From assembly GCA_965226795.1 (NCBI GenBank), contig CBDDDZ010000005.1, positions 1 to 64,000 on the forward strand: a stretch of DNA of 64,000 bases, given 5' to 3'. Each line of letters begins with the position of its first letter. Positions within the stretch are counted from its first letter, which is position 1. Source of the stretch: Candidatus Latescibacterota bacterium (lineage in GTDB: Bacteria > Latescibacterota > UBA2968 > GCA-2709665). The notes below the pieces were generated by a model. The model had not been told where the DNA came from and did not search any database. It was given only the letters and a program-made list of their open reading frames with translations. The position numbers were made by a program, and so were the translations under genes. Shown here piece after piece: positions 48,233 to 58,897 of the stretch.

Positions 48233-49202
48233 GCCAACGGACAGACGGCCGGTGATTCTGGACGCGGACCCGGGCGTGGACGACGCCCTGGCGATGATGT
48301 TGGCGCTGGGATCCCCCGAACTGGCGGTGCTGGGCGTCTGCACCGTAAGTGGCAACGTGCCGTTGGACATTGGAACCGGGAACGCACTGAAGGTGCTGGC
48401 ATTGCTGGAACGTAACGATGTCCCGGTTTACCCGGGCGCGGGCCGTCCCCTGAGGAGAGAAGCCGTATACGCCACAGAGGTGCACGGGCCCCGAGGATTG
48501 GGGGATGCCGCGTTGCCGCTGCCCGGCCGTTCGCCGTCGGGTGACGCGGTCTCGTTTATCGTTGAGACCCTCTCGAACCGGCCGGGGGAGGTGACGTTGA
48601 TCGCCGTGGGGCCGCTGACCAACCTGGCCCTGGCGGAAGCGCAGTCCCCCGGGGTGTTGAAAAAAGCCCGGGAGGTGTGTGTGATGGGCGGCGCGGTCGA
48701 TGAGCCCGGTAACGTGACGCCTGCGGCGGAGTTCAATTTCTTCGCCGATCCCCACGCCGCGAGGCAGGTCATGCGTTCCGGCGCAAGCATAACGCTGGCG
48801 CCTCTGGACGTGACCCATCGGGTGGCGTTGGAAGCGTCGCATCTTGCGGGAATACCGGCAACTCCGGCGGGTCGCTTTGTGAAAGACGCGGTGCGGCCGG
48901 CCATGGAACATTCCTTGCGGGTTCAGAACCGGTGTCATTTCTATCTGCACGATCCGTTGGCGGTGGGGCTGGCGATCGATCCATCTCTCTTCTGCATCAA
49001 GACGGTTTATGCGGACGTGGAGACAGAGGGAGATCTGACTTCGGGGCAGGTGGTTGTGGACCGGCGGCCGTTCTCGAGGGACGAATACCGGAAGGGTCTG
49101 CCGGTTAGATACGCGTTGGAGGTGGGCGCCGATCGGTTTCTGGCGTCTTTTTTCTCCCGAATTTTTCCGGCAGAGGTAACGCGGGAGGTGTTCAAACGTT
49201 GA
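48222..49202 (+). CDS. Inosine/uridine-preferring nucleoside hydrolase
   Basis: DADPGVDD, GPLTNLA, MGG..GNVT.AEFN..DP, HDP. Confidence 0.92.
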   Translation: MRFEPTDRRPVILDADPGVDDALAMMLALGSPELAVLGVCTVSGNVPLDIGTGNALKVLALLERNDVPVYPGAGRPLRREAVYATEVHGPRGLGDAALPLPGRSPSGDAVSFIVETLSNRPGEVTLIAVGPLTNLALAEAQSPGVLKKAREVCVMGGAVDEPGNVTPAAEFNFFADPHAARQVMRSGASITLAPLDVTHRVALEASHLAGIPATPAGRFVKDAVRPAMEHSLRVQNRCHFYLHDPLAVGLAIDPSLFCIKTVYADVETEGDLTSGQVVVDRRPFSRDEYRKGLPVRYALEVGADRFLASFFSRIFPAEVTREVFKR

Positions 49203-49945
49203 AAGCGATTATCATCGGTGCCGGTCGAGGAATGCGATTGATGCCCCACACGGAAAACGCGCCGAAATGTCTTGCCGAGGTGAAAGGCCGGCGCATTCTG
49301 GATTGGGGCCTCGACGCTTTACGTTCGGCGGGATTACACGATATCGTGTTTGTCGGCGGCTACCGCATCGAGCAGGTGCAGACCGAATATCCTGGCCTTA
49401 CGTATTGTCACAACGCAGACTGGCTCAACAACAATATCCTGATATCCCTGATGCACGCGGAGTTCCATATGGACGACGGTTTCGTCTGCGCGTATTCCGA
49501 TATCCTATACAGGCCTGAGATCGTCGTGAATCTGATGGATAGTGCGCACGAGATTACCCTGGTGTGCGACACGGCCTGGCGCGCGCGATATCGAAAACGG
49601 TCCGAGCATCCCGAGAACGATGCGGAAAAGATGGCCTCCGTGAGCAACCGGGTCGTTGCAATCGGCCGGAACGTACCCGGCGAGATCGCCCACGGCGAGT
49701 ATACGGGCATTGCCCGTTTCGGGAGAGAGGGGACCGTGCAGCTACGCGACGCCTTCCACTGTGCGAGGACCCTGTACGACGGCCGCCCGTTCCAATCGGC
49801 CCTCTCCTTTCAGAAAGCGTATCTGATCGACCTGTACCAGGAGATGCTGGATGCCAGGGTCCCGATGCATCTGATGGAGACGGAGGGCGGATATATGGAG
49901 ATCGATACGAATCAGGATTTCGAGATTGCGCGAAAGGAATGGTAA
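49199..49945 (+). CDS. NTP-transferase (phosphocholine cytidylyltransferase-like)
   Basis: IIGAGRG.RL...PKCL, YSDI, EID. Confidence 0.8.
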   Translation: MKAIIIGAGRGMRLMPHTENAPKCLAEVKGRRILDWGLDALRSAGLHDIVFVGGYRIEQVQTEYPGLTYCHNADWLNNNILISLMHAEFHMDDGFVCAYSDILYRPEIVVNLMDSAHEITLVCDTAWRARYRKRSEHPENDAEKMASVSNRVVAIGRNVPGEIAHGEYTGIARFGREGTVQLRDAFHCARTLYDGRPFQSALSFQKAYLIDLYQEMLDARVPMHLMETEGGYMEIDTNQDFEIARKEW

Positions 49946-49946
49946 T

Positions 49947-51008
49947 ATGGTCGGCAACCCCGTTCTCTTTCCGGCAGGCGTTGTGGGAAGTATGCCGCGG
50001 TCGCAGTTTGTGCGCGACCTGCTGGACCCAGACAAAGCGCCCGAAGATCCGTCCCGGTTTTCCATGCTGATGGATGCCGCGGTGGACTACGTTCTGGCGT
50101 TGCAGGAGGCCGCGGGGTTGGACATCGTTTCCGACGGCGAATATCGGCGCCGGTCCTATATCGGCATTATCGCGGATGTGGCGGACGGTTTCGTGCGGGA
50201 ACGGAAGGAAGGACTCTGGTGGCACACGGTGGTGGAACCTGTGGAGGCGAAAAGGACGGGTCTGGCCGCTGCCGAGGCGAAATATCTCCGGGCGCGGACC
50301 CATAAAGCGATCAAGGTGTGTCTGCCCTCTCCCTATCTCCTGGGGCAGAGAATGTGGCATCCGGAAAGATCCCGTAACGCGTATCCCACTCGCGAGGTGT
50401 TTATGCGCGCGCTGGTACCGATTCTGCGGGACGAACTGCTTCTGCTGCGGGACGCGGGCGCCGACGTGGTTCAGTTCGACGATCCGCATCTCTGTCTGTT
50501 TGTGGATTCCCGTGTGCGCGGAAGGTACGAAAATCCGGATCGGGAGATGGACCTCTGCGTGGATCTCCTGAACCAGATCGTGGATGGCGTTGAGGGATTG
50601 GCCGTGGCGTTGCATCTGTGCCGGAGAAACAAGGGCCGTGCCGGATGGGTTGGTCAGGGCGGATACGGACCGATTCTGCCCGCGTTGCTACGACTGAACG
50701 TTCATCAGTACGTGATGGAGTTCACCGTTCCCGCTGCGGGTGATCTGGACGTGTTGAAACAGATTCCGGAAGACAGGCAGGTGGGGCTGGGTTGTGTGGA
50801 CTGCAGGTCTCCGCAGATCGATCCCGTTGCGGCAATTGTCCAACGGGTTGAACAGGCTCTGGAATTTCTGCGTCCCGACCAGATCGTTCTGAACCCCGAC
50901 TGCGGCTTCGCGCCAGGTAACGCGGCCGAAATACCCGTTGAAGAGGCTTACGCAAAGCTGTGCAACGAGTCAAGGGCAGCGCGAATTCTGCGGGAGAGAT
51001 ATGGCTAG
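49947..51008 (+). CDS. Cobalamin-independent methionine synthase II family protein
   Basis: VVGSMPR, SDGEYRR, QFDDP, HLC, NPDCGF. Confidence 0.85.
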   Translation: MVGNPVLFPAGVVGSMPRSQFVRDLLDPDKAPEDPSRFSMLMDAAVDYVLALQEAAGLDIVSDGEYRRRSYIGIIADVADGFVRERKEGLWWHTVVEPVEAKRTGLAAAEAKYLRARTHKAIKVCLPSPYLLGQRMWHPERSRNAYPTREVFMRALVPILRDELLLLRDAGADVVQFDDPHLCLFVDSRVRGRYENPDREMDLCVDLLNQIVDGVEGLAVALHLCRRNKGRAGWVGQGGYGPILPALLRLNVHQYVMEFTVPAAGDLDVLKQIPEDRQVGLGCVDCRSPQIDPVAAIVQRVEQALEFLRPDQIVLNPDCGFAPGNAAEIPVEEAYAKLCNESRAARILRERYG

Positions 51009-51187
51009 TGTTCTGTCCCTTAAATAGATTGCCTGAATTCGGCCGCCGAGTCGCCCTGCTCGCAAGGCGCCAGAGCGAGTCGACCTGCGCAAGGTCGGCG
51101 TGCGATGGCAACGTAGCGAGATGGGATGAATCGGCGGATGAATGGTGACATATTTCTGGGACGGGACACCAGAGTCGAACCGCGGTT

Positions 51188-52147
51188 TCAGGGATTCTGA
51201 CGGAGTTGGAGGTAGGATTCGTACCGCTGGCGGGAGACAACGTCCCGATCCACTGCATCTTTGACAATGCAACCGGGCTCCCGGACGTGCGTGCAGTCTC
51301 GAAAGCGGCAGTGTCCGGGCAGGCTCCTGAATTCCGGAAAAAGCCCATGGATTTCTTCCGGGTCTATCTCCCACAGATGAAATTCCCTCACGCCGGGCAG
51401 GTCTCCGACCATGCCGCCGGCTTCGAGTGTGACGAGTTCCGTGTGGGTGGTCGTGTGCCGGCCTTCCCCCGTTCTTTCACTGATTTCGCGCGTCCGCAAC
51501 CCGAGGCCCGGCTGCAGCCAGTTGAGCAGGCTGGATTTGCCTACGCCCGAAGGTCCCATAAAGAGCGAAATCCGGCCTTTCAGGAGGCTGAGGAACTCCT
51601 TTTTGCCCCTGTCGGTAATGATGCTGGTGAACACAACCGGGTATCCGATTTGTCTGTAGATGGAAACCGACGTATCGAATGCGGCGGGGCAGGGCAGGTC
51701 CAGTTTGTTGAAGCAGATGGCGGTGGGTATCTCACACCATTCCGCAACAGCCAGCATACGGTCCAGCACATTCCAGTCCGGCGGCGGTTCTGCCACCGAG
51801 AAGACCGGAAGGAGCTGGTCGACGTTGGCGGCCAGGATCTGTTCTTTCCGTGAACTTCCCGACGCCCTGCGTGAGATCTTGTTCCGCCTCGGCAGAATTT
51901 CACGGATCAGACCGGTATTGCCTTCGCCGGTATCTATGCGGACGCGGTCACCAATGGCGACGGGGTCCACAACGCGCGCGCGGCGGACGGCCTGTACCCG
52001 TTTTCGGCGCGAACCGGGCGCCGCTTCGGGATACTGAAGCTGTTTTCGCAATCTGCTTGAGACGGCACAGTCGACCACCCGGTTTCCCGTGGCGACATGG
52101 TAGTGCCCCCGTTGTTCCCGGATGACAATGCCTTCGGTGTGATCCAT
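51188..52147 (-). CDS. rsgA: Ribosome small subunit-dependent GTPase A
   Basis: AANVD, NKLD, GPSGVGKSS, GRHTT, DLPG, C.F.DC.H..EPGC. Confidence 0.95.
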   Translation of the reverse strand: MDHTEGIVIREQRGHYHVATGNRVVDCAVSSRLRKQLQYPEAAPGSRRKRVQAVRRARVVDPVAIGDRVRIDTGEGNTGLIREILPRRNKISRRASGSSRKEQILAANVDQLLPVFSVAEPPPDWNVLDRMLAVAEWCEIPTAICFNKLDLPCPAAFDTSVSIYRQIGYPVVFTSIITDRGKKEFLSLLKGRISLFMGPSGVGKSSLLNWLQPGLGLRTREISERTGEGRHTTTHTELVTLEAGGMVGDLPGVREFHLWEIDPEEIHGLFPEFRSLPGHCRFRDCTHVREPGCIVKDAVDRDVVSRQRYESYLQLRQNP

Positions 52148-52455
52148 AACTGGCCCAGGAAGTCGACGATGTACGGAGACACTTCCGGCTCCGGGGGTTT
52201 CCGATTTTTCAACATGCTGAAAAAAAACAATTTACGGTCAATATTCGCCATCGATGGATGGCGTTCGCAAGGCGCGGAAAATACATAGCCGGGAATTCTT
52301 TGTCAAGAAAAAAGACACCATAACGCCGGTTCCGGACCGCGCCTGTCGGGAGCCTGGTTAATCGGGTTGACTTTCAACTGCCATTTGTATATTCTTCGAA
52401 GACGGCGCCTATCTGAAGCGATTCGTTATGCGCCTTGTTCGAACGGGAGTTTTCC

Positions 52456-53205
52456 ATGGAGCCGGATCTATTACCGATTTTCAAGCGCTGGATTTTCGAT
52501 CCTCAAAAAACCTGCGCCAGGAAGATCGTGGGAATCGACGGACGGGAGAAGCTGCAGGTCCGATTCGAACTGGGCCTCCTGCAGATGGAAATGACCGGTC
52601 GACCCGACGGCACCTCCCCGAGAGGATATGAGTCGGCGCTCGATGCGTACCTCGACCGCCTGGAAGCCCACCGCAGGCAGCACGGTTCAGACGAAGGATT
52701 CTGCCTGGATGAGTGTGCGTGCGATGTGTTGTGGACGGAGGGCGTCCAGTTCTATCAGCGGTTCATCTGTCTTCTGCACCTGGGCGATTATGAAGGCGTT
52801 CTCAGGGACACCACGCATAATCTGGCGTTGCTGGATCTGGTCAGGACCTTTTCCGGAAATGACGAGATCAAGTGTGAATTTGAGCGTTCCCGGACGTGTG
52901 TGCTCATGGTACACGCCAGATCCAAGGGAGAAATCTGTCTTCAGAACGGAGATTCCGAGGGAGCGCTCGAAGTTGTGCGGGAGGGAATCGAAGAGATCCG
53001 GTGCTTCTTGAATGGATCCGGAGACCCGGAGCTTCTCGAATCCACAGACGAGCTTCGTTCGCTGAAAGATTGGGAGGAAGAGATTCGGCGGCGATATCCC
53101 GCACCCGCCAGGAAAAGCCTTTTCGAACAGATTGAGACGGCGGTTGCCCAGGAGCGTTACGAACAGGCCGCGATATTGAGAAACCGTCTGCACGGATTGA
53201 ACTGA
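52456..53205 (+). CDS. UvrB/UvrC-motif-containing protein
   Basis: GLLQME..GRPDG N-terminal region; C-terminal AVAQERYEQAAILRN UVR motif. Confidence 0.75.
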   Translation: MEPDLLPIFKRWIFDPQKTCARKIVGIDGREKLQVRFELGLLQMEMTGRPDGTSPRGYESALDAYLDRLEAHRRQHGSDEGFCLDECACDVLWTEGVQFYQRFICLLHLGDYEGVLRDTTHNLALLDLVRTFSGNDEIKCEFERSRTCVLMVHARSKGEICLQNGDSEGALEVVREGIEEIRCFLNGSGDPELLESTDELRSLKDWEEEIRRRYPAPARKSLFEQIETAVAQERYEQAAILRNRLHGLN

Positions 53206-53277
53206 TTTCGTTGTCAACAGTTGAATGGGATGTCCACGAGGCGGCTGCGGCGCCGCGTGGGTGAAGAGCCTGTATAT

Positions 53278-53319
53278 TCCGATCCTGAAAAGCGATTCGT
53301 TTTCAGATCGGGATTTTTT
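53278..53319 (+). terminator. Putative intrinsic terminator
   Basis: TCCGATCCTGAAAA...TTTTCAGATCGGGA followed by a T-run. Confidence 0.5.
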
Positions 53320-53408
53320 GTATGTGGCGGCGGTACGGTTCCGACTGTTATCTATACCATGGCCGAAATCGTGCCGACGGGAATGGCCGCAGCCGGATGG
53401 AGGACCGG

Positions 53409-54668
53409 ATGAACCCGGAGTTCATGATCGCCCGCAGGCATTTCCGGTCTCTGCGCGCCCGGAGGGGCATCTCGTTTACGATATGTATCGCCGTGGTCGG
53501 CGTGGCGCTGGGTGTGTCATCGCTGGTGATCGTAATGTCCGTCATGAACGGTTATACAAATATGATCCGCCAGCGTCTGTTGGGCGTGAACGCGCACGTG
53601 ACCGTGCGCAAGTCCTATCGCAAGCCGATTGCGGATTATATGCCGGTCATGCGCACTCTGGAAGACCACACTGAAGTGCTTGCGGCGTCGCCTTATATCC
53701 ACGCGGAGGGGTTTGTTTTCCGGAAGCCTGCCGGAGAGGAGGCGGTGAAATCGGGCGTTCTCGTGCGTGGCGTGGATCCTGCGGGTTTTCTTCGCACCAG
53801 CGACATCGGGACCTATATCAGGGAAGGAAAAATAGATCTCGGTCCACGGGAGAAACAGGGTCCGCGGGCGGTACACGGGGTTTTGCTGGGCCAGGTCCTG
53901 GCGCAAAAGCTGGGTGCGCGCCCCGGGGCCGACGTGTTCCTGGGTCTGGTTCCGAAGGACGTTTTCGGCGGCCGGGCACGCCGGTGGCAGCGTTACCGGG
54001 TGACCGGGGTCTTCAATACGGGTTATTTCGAGTTCGATTCCAGGCTGATCTATATTTCTCTCGCGGCCGCAAGGCGAGATCTGGGTTGGCAGGACGTCGT
54101 AACGGGTATTCGCCTGCGATTGCAGGATCCGATGGAAGCCGACCGGCTCAGCGAGACGTTCAGGCAGGCTCTTCGTGAGACATATCCGGGGCTGTTTGCC
54201 TCTTCGTGGACGCGGAACTTCGGGAACTTTTACGTATTGATCCAGCTGCAGAAGTGGGCCTTCTTCCTGATTCTGAGTCTGATCGTGGTGGTGGCGGGAT
54301 TCAACATTATCAGTATTTTAACGATGAATGTGACCGATCGTCGCCGGGAGATCGGAATTCTGAAGGCAATGGGGATGATCCCGGCGCGGATCGGCCGGAT
54401 TTTTATCCTGGAGGGGCTGGTGGTGGGCCTGTCCGGTATCGCGATGGGTAATCTGCTGGGGTTTGCGCTCTGCTGGATTCAGAAGCGGTTCGAAGTGATT
54501 CGCGTACCGGGGGAGGTTTACTACGTCAGTTCGTTGCCGGTGGAGATGCGCCCCGAAGAATTCGGATTGGTTTCCCTGTGCGCGGTTCTGATCTGTTACC
54601 TCTTCAGCCTCTTTCCGTCCCGGGATGCGGCGGCGCTGGATCCGGTGGATGCAATACGCTATGAGTGA
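53409..54668 (+). CDS. LolC/E-family ABC permease
   Basis: IARR, GVALGV..L..VMSVMNG, VAGFNIIS.L.M.V..RR.EIGILKAMG, LDPVDAIRYE. Confidence 0.9.
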   Translation: MNPEFMIARRHFRSLRARRGISFTICIAVVGVALGVSSLVIVMSVMNGYTNMIRQRLLGVNAHVTVRKSYRKPIADYMPVMRTLEDHTEVLAASPYIHAEGFVFRKPAGEEAVKSGVLVRGVDPAGFLRTSDIGTYIREGKIDLGPREKQGPRAVHGVLLGQVLAQKLGARPGADVFLGLVPKDVFGGRARRWQRYRVTGVFNTGYFEFDSRLIYISLAAARRDLGWQDVVTGIRLRLQDPMEADRLSETFRQALRETYPGLFASSWTRNFGNFYVLIQLQKWAFFLILSLIVVVAGFNIISILTMNVTDRRREIGILKAMGMIPARIGRIFILEGLVVGLSGIAMGNLLGFALCWIQKRFEVIRVPGEVYYVSSLPVEMRPEEFGLVSLCAVLICYLFSLFPSRDAAALDPVDAIRYE

Positions 54669-54796
54669 TCGTTGGCGCGTGCCAGTCCCCCGGGCCCAGG
54701 GCGCCTGTCTGCGCGTTGAGGTCTCCTCGACAGGCAGGCAGAGGGACGCGCCCGTGGGTCTTGACAATGTCCGGCGGCCAGGACAGGGGACCGGCG

Positions 54797-56047
54797 ATGT
54801 ATGAATTGTTGATTGCGCGACGGTATCTGCGCTCGATGCGCCGCCGGAAACGGGTGTCGTTCACGGTGATGGTGGCGGTTATGGGCGTGGGCCTGGGCGT
54901 AGCGGCGCTGGTAATCGTCTTGTCGGTGTCGAACGGGTTTTCGACGCTGGTATGGGACCGGTTGCTGGGAGTGAATGCGCACGCGACGGTGAGGAAGGAA
55001 GGGGGGCAGAGGATAGAGGATCCACAGGCGCTACTTGCCGCCCTGGCCGCCCATCCCCTGGTTACCGCCGTTTCGCCGTTTGTGGCTTCGGAGGGTGCCG
55101 TATTGCACCGTTCCTTTGAAGACGAGGTATATAGCGCCGGTGTGATGGTGAGGGGCGTGACCCCGGACGGATTGAAGTCGGTAAGCGATCTGGCGGACCA
55201 TATCTGGGGAGGCGCCCTGGATCTGGGCACCCAGGAAACGGAAGGCCGCGGGGAGGTGTACGGGATCGTGGTCGGGCGCTATCTTGCCGATCAACTCGGC
55301 GTACGGGTGGGGTCGGAAGTGCATCTCTGGATCTTGCCGCATGAGGTTTTCGCCGTTCAGACGCGGTTTCGACGTTACATAGTCACCGGCATCTTCAGTT
55401 CGGGTAATCCCGAGTTCGATAGCGGACTGGCCTATGTTTCGCTTACGGCGGCCAGAAGGGATATGGGTTGGGGGCGCCAGATTACCGGTGTCCGCCTTCG
55501 GTTCGGTGATGCCTTTGGCGCGCAGGAAATCAGCACAGTCGTTGAGAAGGCGACCAGGCGGCTGGATCCTGCGCTTTCCGTGCATCCCTGGATGCGGGAC
55601 CACGGCAACCTGTATTTTTCTATTCATCTGGAGAAGTGGGCGAGTTTTCTGGGTCTGGGGCTGATCGTGGTGGTCGCGGGCTTCAACATCGTCAGCGTGC
55701 TTACCATGAACGTGGCCGAAAAGCGCCGCGAGATCGGCATTCTGAAGACCCTGGGGGTGCCGCCTCGAAGGATCGGCCGCATATTTACATGGCAGGGGCT
55801 GGCTGTCGGGCTGTCCGGCGTGTTGCTCGGCAATGTGCTGGGTTTTTCCATATGCTGGGCGCAGCAGCGGTTTGAACTTCTGAAGATTCCGGGAGATGTG
55901 TTGATCACCCAGGCACTGCCCGTGGAGATGCAGATGTCTGACTTTCTGGCGATCTCGGCTTCCGCGGCGTTGATCTGTTATCTGTTTACGCTTATCCCGG
56001 CTCGAGATGCCGCGGCGCTGGACCCGGTTGAGGCGATCAGGATGTAG
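54797..56047 (+). CDS. LolC/E-family ABC permease (paralog)
   Basis: MYELLIARRYL, same motifs as the upstream paralog. Confidence 0.9.
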   Translation: MYELLIARRYLRSMRRRKRVSFTVMVAVMGVGLGVAALVIVLSVSNGFSTLVWDRLLGVNAHATVRKEGGQRIEDPQALLAALAAHPLVTAVSPFVASEGAVLHRSFEDEVYSAGVMVRGVTPDGLKSVSDLADHIWGGALDLGTQETEGRGEVYGIVVGRYLADQLGVRVGSEVHLWILPHEVFAVQTRFRRYIVTGIFSSGNPEFDSGLAYVSLTAARRDMGWGRQITGVRLRFGDAFGAQEISTVVEKATRRLDPALSVHPWMRDHGNLYFSIHLEKWASFLGLGLIVVVAGFNIVSVLTMNVAEKRREIGILKTLGVPPRRIGRIFTWQGLAVGLSGVLLGNVLGFSICWAQQRFELLKIPGDVLITQALPVEMQMSDFLAISASAALICYLFTLIPARDAAALDPVEAIRM

Positions 56048-56140
56048 TCCCGACAATGCCTCTCGCTCCATCGGCGGTTTCCGGGTGTGGTGCGGGAGAC
56101 CTTCCGTCGCCGGAGCGAAACTGGAACCCGAAAGGGCGCA

Positions 56141-56305
56141 ATGGACCTCGATCCTTTCAGATCGTATCCGCCAGGCGACCCCAGGAGGCCGCCTTCGAGG
56201 ATTTTTCTGGTTCTTCTGGCGTTTGGTGTTGCGATTGTGGTTACTTTGTTTGCCGCTCTCATTGTCTATATGCGTGACGTCTGGACCGCACGACCGCTGG
56301 GGTAG
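56141..56305 (+). CDS. Small single-TM membrane protein
   Basis: 54 aa with one hydrophobic stretch, followed by a hairpin. Confidence 0.45.
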   Translation: MDLDPFRSYPPGDPRRPPSRIFLVLLAFGVAIVVTLFAALIVYMRDVWTARPLG

Positions 56306-56341
56306 CAAAGGGTGTGAAGACAGGCATAGGTTCAACACAGA

Positions 56342-56367
56342 AAGGCCCGGACATCTGTCCGGGCCTT
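56342..56367. terminator. Hairpin between convergent genes
   Basis: AAGGCCCGGACA-TC-TGTCCGGGCCTT. Confidence 0.7.
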
Positions 56368-56394
56368 CACTATTCTCCCATTTGGGAATTCCGT

Positions 56395-57132
56395 TTAATA
56401 CGTGGCGCGTCCGCCGCTGACGTCATAACACTGCCCCGTTGTAAAGGTGGCTTCATCGGAGGCCAGGAAGTGCACCAGTGCGGCGACCTCATCGGGTTTG
56501 CCGAGGCGGCCCATCGGTATTTTGGATGTCAGAAAGGCGGCTCTATCCGGATCCAGGCTCAGGGTCATCTCGGTTTCGATCAGCGCGGGCGCGACGCAAT
56601 TGACACGGATGTTGTTGTCCAGTACCTCCCTGGCCAACGCCTTGGTAAAACAGATAACACCGGCTTTGGAGACCGAGTATGCCGCCATGTTGGCGTTTCC
56701 TTCCTTGCCCGAGATTGAGGCGATGGATACAATTGTGCCCCGATTGCGTTCCTCCATGTGTCCGATGACCGCGCGCGAGCAGAGGAAGACACCCTTGAGG
56801 TTGGTGTTCATTACACGATCCCAGTCCGCTTCGCCCAGATCCCGCACCGGCGCCTCCGTGCCCACGATGCCGGCGTTATTGACCAGGATATCGATCTGTC
56901 CCAGGCGTTCCAGCACGGTATTTACCATGCGGGTGACGTCTTCGCTGCTGGAGACATCCGCCTTCAGGACCAGGCCGATGGTGGAAGATCCGGCGGTTGC
57001 CGGGTCGATGTCCGCGATAGCGACCGTTGCGCCTGCGGTCGCCAGACGTTCCGCGATGGCGGATCCGATACCCCTGGCGGCTCCGGTGACGAGGGCAACG
57101 CGGCCGGTAAGGTCCATAAACGTTTTTGGCAT
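56395..57132 (-). CDS. SDR-family oxidoreductase
   Basis: TGAARGIG, NNAG, YSVSK. Confidence 0.92.
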   Translation of the reverse strand: MPKTFMDLTGRVALVTGAARGIGSAIAERLATAGATVAIADIDPATAGSSTIGLVLKADVSSSEDVTRMVNTVLERLGQIDILVNNAGIVGTEAPVRDLGEADWDRVMNTNLKGVFLCSRAVIGHMEERNRGTIVSIASISGKEGNANMAAYSVSKAGVICFTKALAREVLDNNIRVNCVAPALIETEMTLSLDPDRAAFLTSKIPMGRLGKPDEVAALVHFLASDEATFTTGQCYDVSGGRATY

Positions 57133-57272
57133 GGTCGTTCTCTCGATTGGGGATTTAATGAGTCGCCGATTGTATCCGGGGGATTCATGTCGCTGGCATG
57201 GTGGCCGTTATAACACGGAGCAGTAAACAGTTGGCATTCGTTGCCCCTGCTACGGTGGAGTTTGATGTAAAC

Positions 57273-58361
57273 TCATAGGAGTTCCGTCCGGTCCATGTAT
57301 TCGATGAGTTTCCGGTTCGCCCGGGAGAAAGCATAGTCTCCGAGACCGTCGGGTGCGACCCAACTTACGTCCGAACAGTTGCGCGCTCGCGCTTTGCCGC
57401 CTCTGTATTCGCATTGAAAGGCATGCATGGTTACACTGAAGTGGGTGAAGGCGTGATTGACGGTCCTGAACCGGTTCCGGACGGCCGCGTCGACACCGGT
57501 TGCCTCACGTACCGCACGAATACAGGTGTCACTTAAGGGCTCGTCCTCCAACTGACGGGTTGAGGGAAATTCCCATAGCCCGCCCAGAAGGCCGTTTTCC
57601 GGCCGACGGGCGATCAGGACCCTTTCGTTCCGGGATACGATTCCCACGCCCAGAATGTGGTGGGGACGCGGTTTCTTCGGGGCTCTGACGGGGAGCGATT
57701 CCGCGGTGCCGGTTTGGAATGCGGCGCAATGTTCGTAGATCGGACATGAAGCGCAGCGGGGCGCTCGCGGGCGGCAGACCGTTGCGCCCAGTTCCATAAT
57801 CGCCTGGTTGTACTCGCCGGCGTCGCCGCTGTGCAGAAGGTTGTCGGCCAGTTTCTGGAGATGCGTTCTGGTACGGCTCTGTGCGATATCGTCATGAATA
57901 TCGAAAAGGCGACAGAGAACCCGGATGACGTTACCGTCGAGTACGGCGTAATCCCGGTCGTAGGCGATGCTCAGGACCGCGGCCGTGGTGTAGGGGCCGA
58001 AACCGGGCAGGGAGGAGAGATCGTCATAGACATCGGGCACGGTGCCGTTGAATCTGTCCACGATGTACTGAGCCGTTCTGTGCAGATTTCGGGCTCGGGC
58101 ATAGTATCCGAGGCCTTCCCAGGCCTTGAGAACGCGATCACGCTGCGTGCGGGCGAGGTCCTGCACAGTGGGGAAATCTCTCAGGAAACGCCTGTAATAC
58201 GGAATGACGGTTTCGACCTGTGTCTGCTGAAGCATGAACTCCGAGAGCAGAACGTGGTATGGATCGGTCGTATCACGCCATGGAAGATCCCGCTTTTCAC
58301 GTCGGTACCAGGCGAGCAGGCCTTGTTTGATCGCAGCACGTTTTGAAGGGTTGACATCCAT
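57273..58361 (-). CDS. mutY: A/G-specific adenine glycosylase
   Basis: LPWR, SEFMLQQT, GLGYYARARN, DGNV.RV, Fe-S cluster Cys motif, GGLWEFP. Confidence 0.96.
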   Translation of the reverse strand: MDVNPSKRAAIKQGLLAWYRREKRDLPWRDTTDPYHVLLSEFMLQQTQVETVIPYYRRFLRDFPTVQDLARTQRDRVLKAWEGLGYYARARNLHRTAQYIVDRFNGTVPDVYDDLSSLPGFGPYTTAAVLSIAYDRDYAVLDGNVIRVLCRLFDIHDDIAQSRTRTHLQKLADNLLHSGDAGEYNQAIMELGATVCRPRAPRCASCPIYEHCAAFQTGTAESLPVRAPKKPRPHHILGVGIVSRNERVLIARRPENGLLGGLWEFPSTRQLEDEPLSDTCIRAVREATGVDAAVRNRFRTVNHAFTHFSVTMHAFQCEYRGGKARARNCSDVSWVAPDGLGDYAFSRANRKLIEYMDRTELL

Positions 58362-58379
58362 GGATCTACCGGGTGAATA

Positions 58380-58697
58380 TCACTTCGCCGTGCCTGAACG
58401 GTTTTCTTTACGGCGACGTTTCTTTTCCGCAATATCACTGGCGTGCCCGGTGACGACATCCGGCGGGCTGCTTCTGATCAGTTGCTGGATCGCCAGCAGG
58501 AACAACAGGATATCTTCGCCATAGCCCAGGTGTGGGAACAACGCTTCCGGCAACAGATCCACCGGAGATATCCCATAGAGTATGATGAGAAAGACCAGCA
58601 GTTTGCTATACCATGGCACACGCGGGTCTTTCATCAGGCGCCAGGAGAGTCTGATGTATTGGGGCAGGCGAAATAGAATGGAGAAGATGCCGCGCAT
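58380..58697 (-). CDS. DUF1232/YkvA-family membrane protein
   Basis: DPRVPW..K....Y..SPVDLLPE...G..ED. Confidence 0.8.
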   Translation of the reverse strand: MRGIFSILFRLPQYIRLSWRLMKDPRVPWYSKLLVFLIILYGISPVDLLPEALFPHLGYGEDILLFLLAIQQLIRSSPPDVVTGHASDIAEKKRRRKENRSGTAK

Positions 58698-58897
58698 GGC
58701 AGTAGCGAGCGGGGTCAGGTGGACGCAATAGGCAAGGCAGGCGGCAGCAAAAGCGGTCAAACCCACCCGTATCTGTGATCGAGGCTGCGCGCCTCAAGCC
58801 TCTCATAGGCGGGTTCGCCCGCCTGGACCGACACGTTTTCGCTGGCGCTCGGGAACTCGTCGGAGATTTTAAAACAGCTTCCAAGTGACGATGTTGT

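Noticed and set aside
51010..51187. Possible ncRNA or repeat between the metE-like gene and rsgA
   Set aside because: Only short GC-rich hairpins and no second copy in the window; not supportable.
53409..56047. lolC/E pair lacking an adjacent lolD as a novelty
   Set aside because: The ATPase can be encoded elsewhere; this cannot be judged from the window.
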